Assembly (NCBI GenBank): GCA_015068825.1
Contig: SVJU01000008.1
Span: forward strand, 276 to 64,275
Origin: Oscillospiraceae bacterium
GTDB taxonomy: Bacteria > Bacillota > Clostridia > UMGS1810
Reading direction: 5' to 3'
DNA: 64,000 nt
Shown here: in pieces, positions 30,468-40,517 of the stretch
Position numbering within the stretch: position 1 is the stretch's first letter
Layout: every line of letters begins with the position of its first letter
Translations under genes and position numbers: made by a program
The notes under the pieces: generated by a model
The model's input: the letters and a program-made list of their open reading frames with translations, nothing else
What the model was told of the DNA's origin: nothing
The model's database searches: none

Positions 30468-32624
30468 ATGAGCAATAATGATTATTTAAGAAATGAACCT
30501 TTTTTCTGGTCAAGACTTGGATTTGGATACGACCCTCCAAGATATGACAAAAACAACAATCAGATTATTTTTTCGCGCAACTATGAAAAATACCGAAAAA
30601 CACATAAAGATTTTGAGGATATAAATATAAAATATCATACAACCATATTAAATTCGGGCTGGGTTGATGATAACACCTATGATTATCGTCTTACCGATGA
30701 AACTCTTGATGAAATATTCAAGGATAATCCCAATATTTTTTATATGCCAAGAGTTAAGCTTAATGCACCTCCGGGATGGTGTAAAAATCACCCTGAAGAT
30801 GTTTTTGTATATGAAAAGTATCAGAATCTTTCTTTAAAAGAAATTTCGGATATCTGCACAACCTTAGAGCAGGATTATTTTGGTTTTGATTGCCCCAACG
30901 GTTATTCTGTAAATGGCGGTGATGGCTCGTTTGTTGATGACAGACCCAATGTCGGCGGAAAAATAGCACTTCAGAGTTTTTCATCTCCACAGTGGATTTT
31001 GGATGCTTCAAAAGCATTATCAAATCTTATTGACCATATAAATAATTCGCCTTACAAAGATAGGATTATAGGATATCATATAGCATACGGTCAGTGCGGC
31101 GAAACTTGCCTTTGGGGAGGCTGGAGGCCTCAAAGCCAGAATTTGAGAGGCGATTTTGGCTATACAAACACAAAAGAGTTTATAAAATACGGCTTGAAAA
31201 AATACAAAACAGAAGAAAATTTACTTAAAAAATGGAATTATAATTCAATGGATGAAATTAAAGTTCCGTCATTAAAACTTCGTGATGCAAAAAAAGATTG
31301 TTTAAGAGATGTTTTTTATGATGAGAGCAATAATCTTATCTGCCTTGATTATAACGAATTTATGTCTGAGGCAAATGCTTTTGCGTGCGAAGAATTTTGC
31401 CGTGTGGTAAAAGAAAAATCCGATAATAAACTTGCAGCGGGAATATTTTATGCGTATATGTATATGCTACAGTCGGCGTATATGGGACATCTTGCAATCG
31501 ACAAGGTTATGGATTCGCCATACATTGATTTTGTTGCATCGCCAAAAGCATATTTCAGAACACTTGCAGGTGAGCCCGGCGGTGAGCAGGGACCAAGCTA
31601 TTCTATAAACAAAAAGAAGGTATGGCTTGACGAAATAGACAACTGGACACATCTTGACAGGCGTGAAGGCAAGGCAGAAAATCTTTTTGAAACAAGAACT
31701 CTCATTCTTCGTGAAGGTGTAAAAAACTTATCGTATAATCAGGGCTTCTGGTGGATGGATCTTGGTGAAGGCTGGTATGATATGCCCGAAATAATGGGTT
31801 ATATAAAAGAAATGTATGACGCACAAAATATAATCTATAAAAAAGAGCATAAAAGCATTTCTGAAATACTTATTGTTGTAGATGAAAAATCGTTAAAATC
31901 AATGTCGGTAAGCTATGGCTTGTGTGGTGGACTTTTATACAATCTTCAAAGTGAGATAAAGCTTTGCGGAGCACCCGTTGACACATTAAGATTAAGTGAT
32001 TTATATAATACAGATATTTCGCAGTATAAACTGATTGTTTTTGCAAACGCATTTTCTATTGATGAAAAATTAAGAGAAATTTTAAAGAAAAACGCAAAAG
32101 GAAAAACATATATCTGGAATTATGCGGCAGGAGTGCTTTCGCCAGAGTTTTCTTACGATAATGTATTTGATGTTACAGGCTTTAATATAAACGAATTTAA
32201 GCATTTGTTTGTTGGTGAAGAATTTGGATATAAAATAGAAAAGTATAATTTCGGACCTGTTAAAAGGATTGATATAGATTTTCCTTTGTTTGAAATATTA
32301 CCAAAAGAAAATATAACACCTGTTTCGTACTATCCTGACAAAAAAATAATGTGTGCTATGACTAAAAAAGATGGCGGCGTATCGTATTTGTGCGCATACC
32401 CTTCTATGATGGCATCAGATTTTAGGAAAATAGCTCAGGATGCGGGTTGTAAAATGTATGCACCACTTAACACAACCGTTTATGCGGATAACAGAATTAT
32501 TGGCGTTTTCCCAAAAGACGATGTTTGCTTTAAACTTGATTTCGGAAAGTTTACTTCAAACGGATTAAATTCGGTAAATGTTGATATAAAGGCAAAAGGC
32601 GCAGAGTATTTTGTATTTGATTAA
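30468..32624 (+). CDS. GH42-like (clan GH-A) cytoplasmic glycoside hydrolase
   Basis: YGQCGET, WLDEIDNWTH, FWWMDLG..WY; parallels 3..1931; no signal peptide. Confidence 0.6.
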   Translation: MSNNDYLRNEPFFWSRLGFGYDPPRYDKNNNQIIFSRNYEKYRKTHKDFEDINIKYHTTILNSGWVDDNTYDYRLTDETLDEIFKDNPNIFYMPRVKLNAPPGWCKNHPEDVFVYEKYQNLSLKEISDICTTLEQDYFGFDCPNGYSVNGGDGSFVDDRPNVGGKIALQSFSSPQWILDASKALSNLIDHINNSPYKDRIIGYHIAYGQCGETCLWGGWRPQSQNLRGDFGYTNTKEFIKYGLKKYKTEENLLKKWNYNSMDEIKVPSLKLRDAKKDCLRDVFYDESNNLICLDYNEFMSEANAFACEEFCRVVKEKSDNKLAAGIFYAYMYMLQSAYMGHLAIDKVMDSPYIDFVASPKAYFRTLAGEPGGEQGPSYSINKKKVWLDEIDNWTHLDRREGKAENLFETRTLILREGVKNLSYNQGFWWMDLGEGWYDMPEIMGYIKEMYDAQNIIYKKEHKSISEILIVVDEKSLKSMSVSYGLCGGLLYNLQSEIKLCGAPVDTLRLSDLYNTDISQYKLIVFANAFSIDEKLREILKKNAKGKTYIWNYAAGVLSPEFSYDNVFDVTGFNINEFKHLFVGEEFGYKIEKYNFGPVKRIDIDFPLFEILPKENITPVSYYPDKKIMCAMTKKDGGVSYLCAYPSMMASDFRKIAQDAGCKMYAPLNTTVYADNRIIGVFPKDDVCFKLDFGKFTSNGLNSVNVDIKAKGAEYFVFD

Positions 32625-32628
32625 TAAT

Positions 32629-32660
32629 AAAAACCCTCGACCTTATTCTTAAGGGTTTTT
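32629..32660. terminator. Bidirectional intrinsic terminator between convergent genes
   Basis: AAAAACCCT...AGGGTTTTT. Confidence 0.65.
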
Positions 32661-32669
32661 GATTTTGAA

Positions 32670-33836
32670 TTATAAAACAAGTCCGTTATCTTTTAAGTGA
32701 TTTAAAAGCTCGTTGTAGTCAAGTGTCATAAGACCAACTCTTTCGTCTGCTGCACCGTAAGCTAAAATTAATTTATCATCTTTTTTAACCATACCTGTAA
32801 CAAATATGCATGGAATGTGGAATTTACCGGGTTTTTCCCATTCTTCGCTGACTGTGATAAGTCTTTCGTCTTTGTGATAAATAAGCTCTGGAAAATCGTT
32901 TTCTCTGTCTTTAAACACCATAAAGTTCTGAGTATATCCAACTTTGTCGTCCTGCTTTCCGTGATAGCAAAGAAGCCAGTGCTTATCGTCAATTCTTATA
33001 GGGGGAGCACTTGCACCGATTCTGTTTGCTTCCCACTCAAATGTAGGCTCTGCGATAAGAACTTTTTTATTGTCCTCTTTTACAAAATCGTAAAATGTTT
33101 CTGCCGCCGAGAATACCATTGAAGGCTTTTTAGCATCAAGATAAGGATTTCTAAAAGGTTCAACAGGCCTTTCTATCATAACATATTGCATTTTTCCGTC
33201 AATAAGCTGTTTTTCAGGAAGGAAAACAATATCTCTGTTTTCGCCAAAATCGGGATTTGAAAGATGAGTAAGATAATAAAATGCGTTGTCGTAATCCCTT
33301 TTGACAAGCTTTTCTAAATTAACCTCGTAAAGAACAGTTACTGTGGGGTTATCCTTTGCAGATTTTCCAAACGGGTTATCCTCATTACTTGTCCAATCAG
33401 GAACCATTCTTGTCATATTGTTGTTCCACCATAAGTTTCCAAGCGGGAAAAGACGGCACGCAACTGTAAGATAGCATTTATCCTCAATCATAAAAAGTCG
33501 TGGGTCTTCAATACTTCCGTTTGCACAGTTGGGAACTTTTTTGCCGTATTTGTTGGTAACAAAAACCTTGTCTATGTCAAGCTCGCATTTTGGGAAAAGC
33601 GCAGGGCGTGATGTGTCAAAATCCCATGTTTCTCCGCCATCGTTACTTATACCAAATCCAACTGCAATAGGATATATTGCTTCAGGGTCGTCCCAAGCCT
33701 TTCCTTCGCTTCCTTTGGTACGGAAAAGCATAATCATCTTATCTTTATATTCAATAATTGCAGGGTTTAAAACTGCCATATCCATCCAGGGTGCTTCTTT
33801 TTTTGTAGTAAGTACCTGTACTCTTTTGATATTCAT
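32670..33836 (-). CDS. GH130-like five-bladed propeller glycosidase/phosphorylase
   Basis: LNPAI, IEDPRL, NRDIVFLP, IGASAPPI, LLCYHG, YGAAD. AAAGGTGG precedes ATG 33836; the track's GTG 33848 overlaps this RBS. Confidence 0.75.
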   Translation of the reverse strand: MNIKRVQVLTTKKEAPWMDMAVLNPAIIEYKDKMIMLFRTKGSEGKAWDDPEAIYPIAVGFGISNDGGETWDFDTSRPALFPKCELDIDKVFVTNKYGKKVPNCANGSIEDPRLFMIEDKCYLTVACRLFPLGNLWWNNNMTRMVPDWTSNEDNPFGKSAKDNPTVTVLYEVNLEKLVKRDYDNAFYYLTHLSNPDFGENRDIVFLPEKQLIDGKMQYVMIERPVEPFRNPYLDAKKPSMVFSAAETFYDFVKEDNKKVLIAEPTFEWEANRIGASAPPIRIDDKHWLLCYHGKQDDKVGYTQNFMVFKDRENDFPELIYHKDERLITVSEEWEKPGKFHIPCIFVTGMVKKDDKLILAYGAADERVGLMTLDYNELLNHLKDNGLVL

Positions 33837-33925
33837 AATTTTTGCCACCTTTCGTAAAAATATTAAGATAAGTTTATAATATCATTAAAAATTTTTGGAC
33901 GCAATGCCAAATATTAACATTTTAA

Positions 33926-34240
33926 AAACAAAACTCACATAAATTGTGTGATATAAGCGTAGATTTAACAGGCGCAGATTATGTAAAGGTTCGTATGCGC
34001 CTTACAGATTCTACATCATGCAGTGCAAGTGTAATGTTTAAAACTGCCGACGACAACGAATGGGGAAGCGGCAAGTATATTTCGTTTGGCGTTTACAACG
34101 AAGGATATTACGATTATTATGTATATATGAAAGCAAACAGCCGTTGGAAGGGCACACTTAAAAACATAAGAATCGACCCAATGGAATCAACAGGTAAATT
34201 TGAAATAGACTCTATACAAATATTAAAGAAATCAAGCTGA
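33926..34240 (+). pseudogene. C-terminal CBM-like fragment of a 5'-truncated gene
   Basis: YVKVRMR..WKGTLKNIRIDP..FEIDSI beta-sandwich end; in-frame TAA at 33923; no RBS and no signal peptide. Confidence 0.55.
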
Positions 34241-34245
34241 TAAAC

Positions 34246-34279
34246 AAAAAAATCACTGCCCATACGGCAGTGATTTTTT
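34246..34279. terminator. Bidirectional intrinsic terminator
   Basis: AAAAAAATCACTGCC-cata-CGGCAGTGATTTTTT. Confidence 0.8.
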
Positions 34280-35090
34280 ATAGTCTGTTTTTATAGTCTG
34301 TTGGCGATATTCCCATAACTTTTTTAAACACTCTTGAAAAGTAATTTGCATCGCAAAACCCCGTTCTTATCGAAATTTCAGATATTGTGCTGTCGGTGTT
34401 TTTTAATAAAAATACAGCTTTTTCAATGCGGTATTCGTTAATGTAATTTGCAACGGTTTTGCCGGTTGCTTTTTTAAAAAATCTGCAAAAATAGCTTTCT
34501 GAAACATAACAAAGCTTAGAAAGCATAAGGGTTGATAATTCCTTGTCGTAATTGTTTGAGATATATTCAAAAACCGTATCAAGTCTTTTTAAATTTGAGG
34601 AATGAGCATATAATTCTTTTTCAGTAATGCGTGCATAGGTGTAGTTTCTTAAAAGATGCGTCATAACAGAATAAACATAACTTTTAACCATCATATCGCT
34701 GCCTTCTTTGTTGGAAGAATGCTCGCTATTTATGCTAAACATCATCTTTTCAATAAACGGGTCATACGATATATGATTTTTTATAAGGATGTTGCTAAAA
34801 TTTATATCACTGAAAAATTCAGGATAAATAAGCATGCAGAAATATTTAATTTTTCCTTGTGATATAAATGAGTGCACTTCTGCACTGTTTATAGTTACAA
34901 AATCGCCTTTTTGCACAGTAAATGTTTTTCCGTTACAGGTAAAAGTGCAACCTCCTTCAATAAAATATAAAAGCTCAATATGCTCGTGCCAGTGCGGAGT
35001 AAGGCGGTTTTGTTTTAAAGTGCCAAGAAAACGCACCTGAAAATTGTTTTTAAGAGGAGGAACTTTTTCGTAAAGGGAAATGTTTTTCAA
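34278..35090 (-). CDS. AraC-family transcriptional regulator (cupin + HTH)
   Basis: HWHEHIELLY cupin; YFCRFFKKATG..RIEKA..GFCDANYFSRVFKK; GAGGTG RBS before TTG. Confidence 0.92.
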   Translation of the reverse strand: MKNISLYEKVPPLKNNFQVRFLGTLKQNRLTPHWHEHIELLYFIEGGCTFTCNGKTFTVQKGDFVTINSAEVHSFISQGKIKYFCMLIYPEFFSDINFSNILIKNHISYDPFIEKMMFSINSEHSSNKEGSDMMVKSYVYSVMTHLLRNYTYARITEKELYAHSSNLKRLDTVFEYISNNYDKELSTLMLSKLCYVSESYFCRFFKKATGKTVANYINEYRIEKAVFLLKNTDSTISEISIRTGFCDANYFSRVFKKVMGISPTDYKNRL

Positions 35091-35137
35091 AAAATCACCT
35101 CAGGTCAAAATAATGCTAATATAAGTCATAACAATTC

Positions 35138-35167
35138 TTGTTAATTTATTAAATACTATGATATACT
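35138..35167 (+). promoter_or_regulatory. Probable extended -10 promoter
   Basis: TTGTTA-N18-TATACT with TGn upstream of -10. Confidence 0.45.
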
Positions 35168-35209
35168 GAATTTATTAAAATGTCAAATAAAATCGGGAGG
35201 GAAAGTAAA

Positions 35210-36025
35210 ATGGATTTAGGTGTAATGGTAAAACTTAAAGATAGAAATATCGATGAGCGTTTTAAACAGGTAAAGGATTACGGGTTCAAATACTGTCAGC
35301 TTTGCGGATGGGATACATCTCTTTTTACAGATGAAATTGCCACTATGGTTTTAGATGCGTGCAAAAAATATGATATAACAATTTCTACATTCTGGTGCGG
35401 ATGGTGCGGTCCTACTGTATGGGATTTATATGAAGGACCTGTAACACTTGGACTTGTTCCGTTAGATTACAGATACGAAAGAATGAAAGATTTAATGGCT
35501 GGTTCTGATTTTGCTAAAAAAATCGGTGTTGAAAATGTTGCAACTCATGTTGGATTTTTGCCCGAAACACCAAACTGCGTAGAATATCACTCACTTGTTT
35601 GTGCAATAAGAGTGGTTGCACAGCATTGCAAAGACAACGGTCAGTATTTTATGTTTGAAACAGGTCAGGAAACACCTGTAACTCTTTTAAGAACAATAGA
35701 AGATATCGGTCTTGACAATCTTGGAATTAATTTAGACCCTGCAAATCTTATTCTTTACGGAAAAGCAAATCCTGTTGATGCGCTTGATGTTTTTGGTAAA
35801 TATGTTCGTGATATTCATGCAAAAGACGGTTGCTATCCTACAGACGGAAAAAATCTTGGTCAGGAAAAGAAGATTGGCGAAGGCAAGGTTGATTTTGAAA
35901 GATTTGTAAAAAGATTAAAAGAAATAGGCTATGACAAAACACTTATAATCGAAAGAGAAATAAGCGGTGAACAACAGATTAAAGATATTAAAGACACAAA
36001 AGTTTATTTGGAGGGAATAATATGA
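35210..36025 (+). CDS. Sugar-phosphate isomerase/epimerase, xylose-isomerase-like TIM barrel
   Basis: FETGQE, NLDPANL, DIHAKD, LIIERE metal ligands; GGGAGG before ATG 35210. Confidence 0.88.
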   Translation: MDLGVMVKLKDRNIDERFKQVKDYGFKYCQLCGWDTSLFTDEIATMVLDACKKYDITISTFWCGWCGPTVWDLYEGPVTLGLVPLDYRYERMKDLMAGSDFAKKIGVENVATHVGFLPETPNCVEYHSLVCAIRVVAQHCKDNGQYFMFETGQETPVTLLRTIEDIGLDNLGINLDPANLILYGKANPVDALDVFGKYVRDIHAKDGCYPTDGKNLGQEKKIGEGKVDFERFVKRLKEIGYDKTLIIEREISGEQQIKDIKDTKVYLEGII

Positions 36026-36996
36026 TAAAAGTTGGATTAGTTGGAATAGGCGGAATGGGAAAAGTGCATTTTAATGCGTATAAAAATATCCCTGATGCAA
36101 AAGTTGTGTGTGTTGCAGATGTAAGATGCGATATGGCAAAAGAAAAGGTAGAAGATGACAACATAAAAATATATTCAAGTATGGAAGAAATGCTTGAAAA
36201 TGAAGATGTTGATATGGTTGATATCTGCACACCAAGCTATATGCACGCACAAATGAGCATAAAAGCACTTGAAATGGGTGTTCATGTATTGTGTGAAAAG
36301 CCAATGAGCATTTCATCCAAAGATACATCTCTTATGAAAGAAGCAGCTGAAAAATCAGGTAAATTTTTGATGATTGCCCATGTTTTAAGATTTATGCATC
36401 CTTATAAATATTTAAAAAGCATTATAGATTCAGGTGAACTTGGAAAAGTAGTACATATTGATATGAGAAGATCATCTTCTATTCCTAAATGGAGCTGGGA
36501 AGACTGGATGAGAGATATATCAAAAAGCGGCGGTACACCAATTGATTTATCAATACACGATATAGACTTTGTTCAGTATGTATTTGGTATGCCTAAAAAT
36601 GTATCGGGAACTTACCGTAAATTAAAAGGCAACAGTGACTGTATTACATCTCACCTTGTATACGATGATTTTGATATTAATATATCTGCAGGCTGGTATA
36701 ATTGCACTCTTCCTTTCAAAGATGAGTATTTTGCAGTTTTCGAAAACGGACACATAAACTATGTTGGTGATGGAAAAGTGTTTAAAAACGGTGAGGAAGT
36801 TAAATTTGCCACACAGGATACCGAATCGGAAAAAACTGATATAAACATTAAAGCAGGAAGCGGCTATGAAGACGAAATAAGATATTTTACAGATTGCATT
36901 AAAAAGAATGTAAAACCTGATATGGTAAGTGTTGAAAGCTCAAAACAAAGTGTTGAGCTTGTAGAAAAAATTCTTGAAAATTCACATATTATATAA
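36022..36996 (+). CDS. Gfo/Idh/MocA-family oxidoreductase
   Basis: GLVGIGGMG, HVLCEKP, DLSIHDID. Confidence 0.92.
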   Translation: MIKVGLVGIGGMGKVHFNAYKNIPDAKVVCVADVRCDMAKEKVEDDNIKIYSSMEEMLENEDVDMVDICTPSYMHAQMSIKALEMGVHVLCEKPMSISSKDTSLMKEAAEKSGKFLMIAHVLRFMHPYKYLKSIIDSGELGKVVHIDMRRSSSIPKWSWEDWMRDISKSGGTPIDLSIHDIDFVQYVFGMPKNVSGTYRKLKGNSDCITSHLVYDDFDINISAGWYNCTLPFKDEYFAVFENGHINYVGDGKVFKNGEEVKFATQDTESEKTDINIKAGSGYEDEIRYFTDCIKKNVKPDMVSVESSKQSVELVEKILENSHII

Positions 36997-37011
36997 AACA
37001 GAACAATATGC

Positions 37012-37044
37012 AAAATGGCTCAAACCTTTGGTTTGGGCCATTTT
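37012..37044 (+). terminator. Intrinsic terminator
   Basis: AAAATGGCTCAAAC-cttt-GGTTTGGGCCATTTTT. Confidence 0.75.
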
Positions 37045-37066
37045 TATATGTATTCTGAGTAAAACA

Positions 37067-37169
37067 AAAAACTGATTATTCATATTAAAAACAGTTTGTA
37101 TTAATGTTAAAAACTGAATGTTTTAGTAAAAATATGATGTTGACTGTTAAAAACAGGCAGTTTTATAAT
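37067..37169 (+). promoter_or_regulatory. Promoter with four AAAAAC[AT]G direct repeats
   Basis: TTGACT(37140)-N18-TATAAT(37164); repeats at 37067, 37087, 37109 and 37149. Confidence 0.55.
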
Positions 37170-37202
37170 TAAATCATAACAATAAAAAAGGAGACGGTAT
37201 GA

Positions 37203-38939
37203 ATGAAACGAATCAGACTTGCGGCATTGATAATTTTAAGTCTTGTGCTTGTTTGTGCAACAGCTTATGCTGAATGTGAGGCAAATCTTGACAGTGTAAG
37301 GTTATTGGGGCGATATGTAGCTTTAAATGACAAAATAGAATTTAACTGGCCTATGTCGGGAATTGAATTTGAGTTTGATGGAAAAGAAGCGTATGTCTAT
37401 GTTGCAAGATGCTCAAGAACTTTGTATATAAATGCATCTGTTGATGAAAGTGATGTGTGCGAAAGAATAGAGGTTTCTAAAGAAGGTTGGGTTAAGGTTG
37501 CAGATAATCTTAACGAAGGAGTACACACAGTAAAGGTAACTCGTTCGAGTGAAGGGTATGAGGGACTTTTATCTTTTTCACATGTTAAGTCTGACGGAAC
37601 TTATATAAAACCCACTTTGCCAAAAGTAAGAAAAATGGAATTTATAGGCGACTCATACACGGTTGGATATGGTAATCTTGAATACGGAAAAGATACCAAT
37701 AAAAAAACATCTTATAATACCGACACATGGCGCTCGTATGCAGGATATACATCAAGGCTTTTTGATGCTGATGCAAACATTGTTGCTGCATCGGGCAAGG
37801 GCGTTTGTATGAATGTTATAGGTACAAGCGATACATCCATTGTGTCAAACTCAAATATGTCGCAGCAGTACATATACGCAAATCCTAATGTTTCGGGTGC
37901 AACATTAAAAGAATGGAATTTTGATGAATATATTCCTCAGGTAGTTGTTGTATTTCTTGGTACAAATGATTATGGCGGTACAAATCCAAGAGGTAATAAT
38001 CCACAGTATTTTTACGAACAATACAAAAACTTTTTAAAAACTATCAGCTCAAAATATCCTGACGCTCACATTTTTTGTTGTTCAAAACCGCAGGGTTCAT
38101 ATGGTGATTATGTAGAAAAAGCAGTTTTGGATATGCAAAACGAAAAATATCATTTTGTAACTCTTACTTCGTTTAAAGCATCAGGTGTTCATGCTCATCC
38201 GTATTATACCGAAGCGGAAGAAATGGCAAATGAGCTTTATGAAAAAATAAACGAAGTTGCAAAAAATGTTGATATATGGCAAGAGGGAAGTACACTTAAA
38301 GAAAAATCATTCCTTAATATAAATGATAAAAAATTATATGTAGGCGGAATGATTGATGCTAACGAAGATGGCGACAGTGTTACACTGCTTATTATAGATA
38401 AAGATGCACCAGAGGATAATATTTCGCTTGAAAATGATGTTTTGCACATAGATGAAGCAGTTGTAGAAGAAAATGGAAAATACGAATTTTTAATTCCGTT
38501 TGAATTTAATGCAGGTGACTGCAAAATTATGATAAATAAAAACGGAAAAAATATAAATCAGACAATAAAAGAAATAAATTCCGTATATGATGCAGTTGGA
38601 GTAAAGCTTGATATTACAAGTAACCTTACATTGTCACATGGTGATAATGTAACCGACATCGCAAATACACCGACAAAAGTTAAGGCAAAATTTGAAATAG
38701 ATAACTATTTTGAAAATTTAAGCGGAAAATATACAGCGGTTATAACATTTTATGATGCAGACGGAAAGCTTTTAAATACACATTTTGATAAAGAAAAAGA
38801 ATTTAATATGGACAAAGCCGAAGAAACCTTATGGTATGATATTCCATCTGATGCAAAATATGCAAAAGCATTTTTATGGACAACATTATATGAATCTATG
38901 CCTCTTTGCGATTTTGAAAGCATAAGCTTTGTAAAATAA
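37203..38939 (+). CDS. Secreted CE2-like SGNH acetylesterase with Ig-like domain and C-terminal KAFLW-x7-PL motif
   Basis: N-terminal GRY..WPMSGIEF domain; FIGDSYTVGYG, SGKG, LGTND, HP SGNH blocks. Confidence 0.8.
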   Translation: MKRIRLAALIILSLVLVCATAYAECEANLDSVRLLGRYVALNDKIEFNWPMSGIEFEFDGKEAYVYVARCSRTLYINASVDESDVCERIEVSKEGWVKVADNLNEGVHTVKVTRSSEGYEGLLSFSHVKSDGTYIKPTLPKVRKMEFIGDSYTVGYGNLEYGKDTNKKTSYNTDTWRSYAGYTSRLFDADANIVAASGKGVCMNVIGTSDTSIVSNSNMSQQYIYANPNVSGATLKEWNFDEYIPQVVVVFLGTNDYGGTNPRGNNPQYFYEQYKNFLKTISSKYPDAHIFCCSKPQGSYGDYVEKAVLDMQNEKYHFVTLTSFKASGVHAHPYYTEAEEMANELYEKINEVAKNVDIWQEGSTLKEKSFLNINDKKLYVGGMIDANEDGDSVTLLIIDKDAPEDNISLENDVLHIDEAVVEENGKYEFLIPFEFNAGDCKIMINKNGKNINQTIKEINSVYDAVGVKLDITSNLTLSHGDNVTDIANTPTKVKAKFEIDNYFENLSGKYTAVITFYDADGKLLNTHFDKEKEFNMDKAEETLWYDIPSDAKYAKAFLWTTLYESMPLCDFESISFVK

Positions 38940-39031
38940 TTGTTTATGCTTAAATACTAAAATCAGATAACAGTTGATAAAACAGATAGCTTCAATTTTA
39001 AATTTTAATTATCTTTTCAAAAAACAGAAAA

Positions 39032-39060
39032 TTTACCTGTTACAACAAAAAAAGTATAAT
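39032..39060 (+). promoter_or_regulatory. Probable sigma-A promoter of the second ABC operon
   Basis: TTTACC-N17-TATAAT. Confidence 0.5.
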
Positions 39061-39096
39061 AAAAATATGAAAAATAAAAAGAAAGAGGGTTATTTT

Positions 39097-40488
39097 ATGA
39101 AGAAAATAATATTAATGGGTTTATCATTGGTTATGGTTATGGCACTTTTGATAACAGGGTGCAATAATAACACAAGCTCAATAAATTCGGATGATGAAAA
39201 TGTTTCGGTAACAATAAGTTTCTGGCCAAACAGCGAAACAGATGCCGAAAGACATGCTTTATATGATACATATCTTGAAAAAATGAAAGAGCTTTATCCT
39301 AACATTACAATTATTCCTGATGAAGAAGGCTATGGAATTGATAACTTTATGGTTCTTGCAGCAACAAATCAGCTTCCAAATGTTTATCGTAAGCCTTATA
39401 CAGAACCACAGCAGATTATAAATGCAGGTTATGCGCGTGATATAAGTGATATCGTAAAAAAATATAATTACGATACAGGTGTTAACCCTGATATTATGAA
39501 AATTTGTATGAAAGACGGAAAATACTATGGTGTTCCGTATTCAGGTTATATGATTGGTATGACATACAATGCTAATGTATTTAAAAAAGCAGGACTTGTT
39601 AATGCTGACGGAAGTTTAATGATTCCTACAACTTATGATGAACTTGTTGAAACTGCAAAAATTATAAAAGAAAAAACAGGTATCCCGGGATATGCTATTC
39701 AGACAACCAACAAAGAAGGCGGCTGGATGTTTATGAACATTGCCTGGTCGTACGGAGTAGAGTTTATGAAACAGGATGAGAACGGAAAATGGATTGCAAC
39801 ATTTGATACTCCCGAAGCTGTGGCTGCCCTTGAGTACATAAAAGATTTAAAATGGAAGCATGATGTATTCTCTGCAAATGTGCTTATAGATACAAACGAG
39901 CTTCAAAAACTAATTGCTACCGACAGAGTTGGTATGGCGATGTTTGGTGAAGGCACACCAAAAAGTATTGTAACAAAATATAAAACAGATAAAGATGTAA
40001 TTGGTTACGGACCTGTTATGAAAGGACCTAAAGCTCAGGTTTCGCAAGTTGGCGGAGATGTTTATATGTTCTCAACCAATACAGAAGATAATCAGGTTGA
40101 TGCGGCATTTAAATGGTTTGAATTTTTAGGACTTACTCCTAATGTTGGAAAAGACTATGAGAAAAATCTTGAAGAAACAATACTTGCAGATGTTGAAACA
40201 GATAAACTTATAGTACCACCTGTATTAAAAATCTGGGTAAATAAAGAACGTACTTCAATAGACGATAAACTTTATGCAAAATACTCTAATGTTAATCCAA
40301 AATTGTGGACAAATGCTTATCCGGAAGGCGTTAAAGTTCAGCAGGAAGAACCAATGTGCGCACAAAATCTATATGCGCTTTTATCAACAGCAATGCAAAA
40401 TGTTTTAACAAATCCTGATGCAGACTGTGCTCAGATTATTCACGAAACAAACGAAACCTTCCAGAAGGATTTTCTTGACAAACAATAA
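39097..40488 (+). CDS. Sugar ABC transporter substrate-binding lipoprotein
   Basis: GAGGG before ATG 39097; lipobox LITG-C; KDGKYYGVP, YNANVFKKAG. Confidence 0.9.
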   Translation: MKKIILMGLSLVMVMALLITGCNNNTSSINSDDENVSVTISFWPNSETDAERHALYDTYLEKMKELYPNITIIPDEEGYGIDNFMVLAATNQLPNVYRKPYTEPQQIINAGYARDISDIVKKYNYDTGVNPDIMKICMKDGKYYGVPYSGYMIGMTYNANVFKKAGLVNADGSLMIPTTYDELVETAKIIKEKTGIPGYAIQTTNKEGGWMFMNIAWSYGVEFMKQDENGKWIATFDTPEAVAALEYIKDLKWKHDVFSANVLIDTNELQKLIATDRVGMAMFGEGTPKSIVTKYKTDKDVIGYGPVMKGPKAQVSQVGGDVYMFSTNTEDNQVDAAFKWFEFLGLTPNVGKDYEKNLEETILADVETDKLIVPPVLKIWVNKERTSIDDKLYAKYSNVNPKLWTNAYPEGVKVQQEEPMCAQNLYALLSTAMQNVLTNPDADCAQIIHETNETFQKDFLDKQ

Positions 40489-40517
40489 TTTATTCCATAA
40501 ATGAAAGAAGAATTTTT

